Positions 30,661-32,029 of a stretch of 32,029 nt of DNA are shown one piece after another. This DNA is from Bacteroidota bacterium (GTDB lineage: Bacteria; Bacteroidota; Bacteroidia; Bacteroidales; VadinHA17). The stretch lies in assembly GCA_030611395.1 (NCBI GenBank), contig JAUWPX010000001.1, positions 1-32,029 on the forward strand, read 5' to 3'. Every line of letters starts with the position of its first letter. Position 1 is the first letter of the stretch. The notes below the pieces were generated by a model that was given only the letters and a program-made list of their open reading frames with translations, had not been told where the DNA came from and did no database searches. The position numbers were made by a program, and so were the translations under genes.

Positions 30661-32028
30661 ATGGCAAAAAATGAAGCTTCAATACCGAAAGGAACCCGTG
30701 ACTTTTTGCCCGGGGAGATGGTCAAAAGAAACTATATCTTTAAAATCATCCGTGGCGTTTTCGAGTGTTTCGGATACCTTCCAATTGAAACTCCTGCTAT
30801 GGAGCAAGCGTCTACTCTTACGGGTAAATACGGAGAGGAAGGCGACCGGTTACTTTTCAGGATATTGAATTCGGGAAATTTTCTTGCCGGTATTTCAGAT
30901 GATGAGATTCTTGAAAGGAATGTAAATAAACTTAAAAGCTCATTGTCTGATAAAGGTCTTAGATACGACCTGACAGTCCCGTTTGCAAGATTTATTGTTC
31001 AACATCTGAACGAGATCACTTTCCCATTTAAACGATATCAGATACAACCTGTTTGGAGGGCAGACAGACCACAGAAAGGACGCTACAGGGAATTTTTTCA
31101 ATGCGATGTTGATGTTATTGGTAGTAATTCTCTCTTAAATGAGGCTGAACAGATCCAGATTATTGATGAGATATTTAAAAAGTTGGGAATAAAAATACTA
31201 ATCAGGATAAATAACAGGAAAATTCTTGGTGGAATAGCTGAAGTAATTGGTGAGGCAGATAAAATAGTACCTATTACTATCGCGATTGATAAACTGGATA
31301 GGATTGGGGCTCATAAAGTGAATGAAGAGTTGGCAGTGAAAGGTGTTTCTGAAAAAGCTATCCGTGAATTACAGCCCATCCTTGGTCTTACCGGTTCTGT
31401 TGAGGAAAAGCTCAGTGAATTAGAGAATAAAATCCTTTTACACTCCGGAATTGGTAGAAAAGGAGTGGATGAAATGAGAAAATTGTTTGGTTATCTTAAA
31501 ACCTTTGACCTCGAAGCTGATCCGATTTTTGACTTAACTCTTGCAAGGGGATTGGATTATTATACCGGAACAATTATTGAAGCAAATTCAACTGAAATGA
31601 AGATTGGCAGCTTGTGTGGGGGGGGCAGATATGATGACCTGACAGGGGTTTTTGGGTTGAAGGATGTTTCAGGTGTTGGTGTAAGTTTTGGAGCTGATCG
31701 TATTTATGATGTGATGGAGAAAATGGATAAATTCCCCGAGGATACTACATCTACAACAACCCTTATGTTTGTGAATTTTGGAGAAAAGGAAGAAATCCAC
31801 TGCCTTTCTCTATTAGCTGAAATTCGTAAATCAGGAATTAATGCTGAATTATTTCCCGATAAGGTAAGATTAAAAAAACAAATGAATTATGCCAACAAGA
31901 AGAATGTAGAATATGTTGCTTTAGTTGGGGAAGATGAAATGAAAAACAGGTTAATTACCCTGAAAAATATGAAAACCGGGGACCATGAGAAAATTAAACT
32001 TAAAGAGCTAATTGAAAAACTTTCATAA
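30661..32028 (+). CDS. hisS: Histidine--tRNA ligase
   Basis: 455 aa: [19 protein letters not shown], motif 2 [23 protein letters not shown], motif 3 GGGRYDDL, C-terminal anticodon-binding domain. The stop TAA at 32026-32028 lies just inside the window. Confidence 0.96.
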   Translation: MAKNEASIPKGTRDFLPGEMVKRNYIFKIIRGVFECFGYLPIETPAMEQASTLTGKYGEEGDRLLFRILNSGNFLAGISDDEILERNVNKLKSSLSDKGLRYDLTVPFARFIVQHLNEITFPFKRYQIQPVWRADRPQKGRYREFFQCDVDVIGSNSLLNEAEQIQIIDEIFKKLGIKILIRINNRKILGGIAEVIGEADKIVPITIAIDKLDRIGAHKVNEELAVKGVSEKAIRELQPILGLTGSVEEKLSELENKILLHSGIGRKGVDEMRKLFGYLKTFDLEADPIFDLTLARGLDYYTGTIIEANSTEMKIGSLCGGGRYDDLTGVFGLKDVSGVGVSFGADRIYDVMEKMDKFPEDTTSTTTLMFVNFGEKEEIHCLSLLAEIRKSGINAELFPDKVRLKKQMNYANKKNVEYVALVGEDEMKNRLITLKNMKTGDHEKIKLKELIEKLS

Positions 32029-32029
32029 T

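Overview
This is an AT-rich chromosomal window that looks Bacteroidota-like. The evidence is a T9SS type-B sorting domain, TAnnTTTG-type -7 boxes, Cys-less L36 and S14, and no tuf after fusA or adk after secY. About 60% of it (3572-21426) is the fused str-S10-spc-alpha ribosomal cluster on the + strand: 28 r-protein genes plus fusA, secY, map, infA and rpoA. This runs straight into eno, followed by gltA, each of which ends in a clear intrinsic terminator. Upstream lie the 3' part of a T9SS-sorted PKD-domain surface protein and, divergent from rpsL, a second EF-G-like gene with degenerate GTPase motifs. Downstream lie a long UbiD-family decarboxylase, a membrane-anchored SpoIIE/PP2C phosphatase, a convergent multi-TM hybrid histidine kinase-receiver with a degenerate ATP-binding domain, two signal-peptide proteins of unknown function, and hisS. 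Two conserved genes are missing from the ORF track: rpmJ (38 aa) and rpsS. As assembled, rpsS is split by a 1-nt frameshift at an A-rich AGA-AGA-AAG site. I found no CRISPR array, tRNA or rRNA gene, transposase, integrase, phage gene or recognisable defence or toxin module, and no convincing new multi-gene system. The best leads are the rpsS frameshift, the GTPase-degenerate EF-G paralog beside the str operon, and the 26.2-30.6 kb signalling and secreted-protein segment. All three are modest and need database and read-level checks that I cannot run.
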